Source of the DNA: Nitrospira japonica
GTDB lineage: Bacteria > Nitrospirota > Thermodesulfovibrionia > Thermodesulfovibrionales > SM23-35
NCBI GenBank assembly: GCA_020725385.1
Contig: DYFC01000058.1
Coordinates: forward strand, 1-39,606
DNA: 39,606 bases
Direction of reading: 5' to 3'
The notes below the pieces were generated by a model. It saw only the letters and a program-made list of their open reading frames with translations, did no database searches and was not told where the DNA came from. This document shows positions 39,562 through 39,606 of this stretch, one piece after another (the stretch's first letter is position 1; every line of letters begins with the position of its first letter). A program made the position numbers and the translations under genes.

Positions 39562-39606
39562 ATATAACTTACCTAAAATTCACTATGAATTGCTGATGAT
39601 TTCCTC

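Overview
AT-rich bacterial chromosomal segment. Gene order and content suggest Nitrospirota (Thermodesulfovibrionia-like) or a Desulfobacterota-like lineage; this is an inference. The window starts in the 3' end of a 23S rRNA gene that is followed by a terminator and a divergent RpoD-type sigma factor, with no 5S rRNA between them. Next come a LysM protein, an M16 peptidase pair and the housekeeping operon pheA-hisC-aroF-tyrA-aroA-cmk-ispH-rpsA-sppA-ihfB. An LPS core-modification block follows (GT4, Kdo/WaaP-family kinases, a GT-C membrane protein, waaG, waaP), separated by a nested MITE/REP-like element from a divergent sulfotransferase-cysC pair. Then gap-pgk, speD, a three-gene surface-glycan module (two paralogous GT2-coiled-coil multidomain glycosyltransferases and a radical SAM enzyme with an N-terminal SPASM-like domain), gatA-gatB, a sigma54-driven atypical cysteine hydrolase, a PAS-PAS-HK-REC hybrid kinase, and four tRNAs (Arg-TCT, His-GTG, Arg-CCG, Lys-CTT) followed by a possible integration junction. 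The strongest candidates for something undescribed are (i) the twin GT2 coiled-coil 'ruler' plus reversed radical SAM module, (ii) the sigma54 / hexamer-palindrome / cysteine hydrolase / anti-SD 3'UTR unit, and (iii) the 5S-less rRNA operon end abutting a divergent sigma70. All product calls come from motif recognition by eye; no searches were run.
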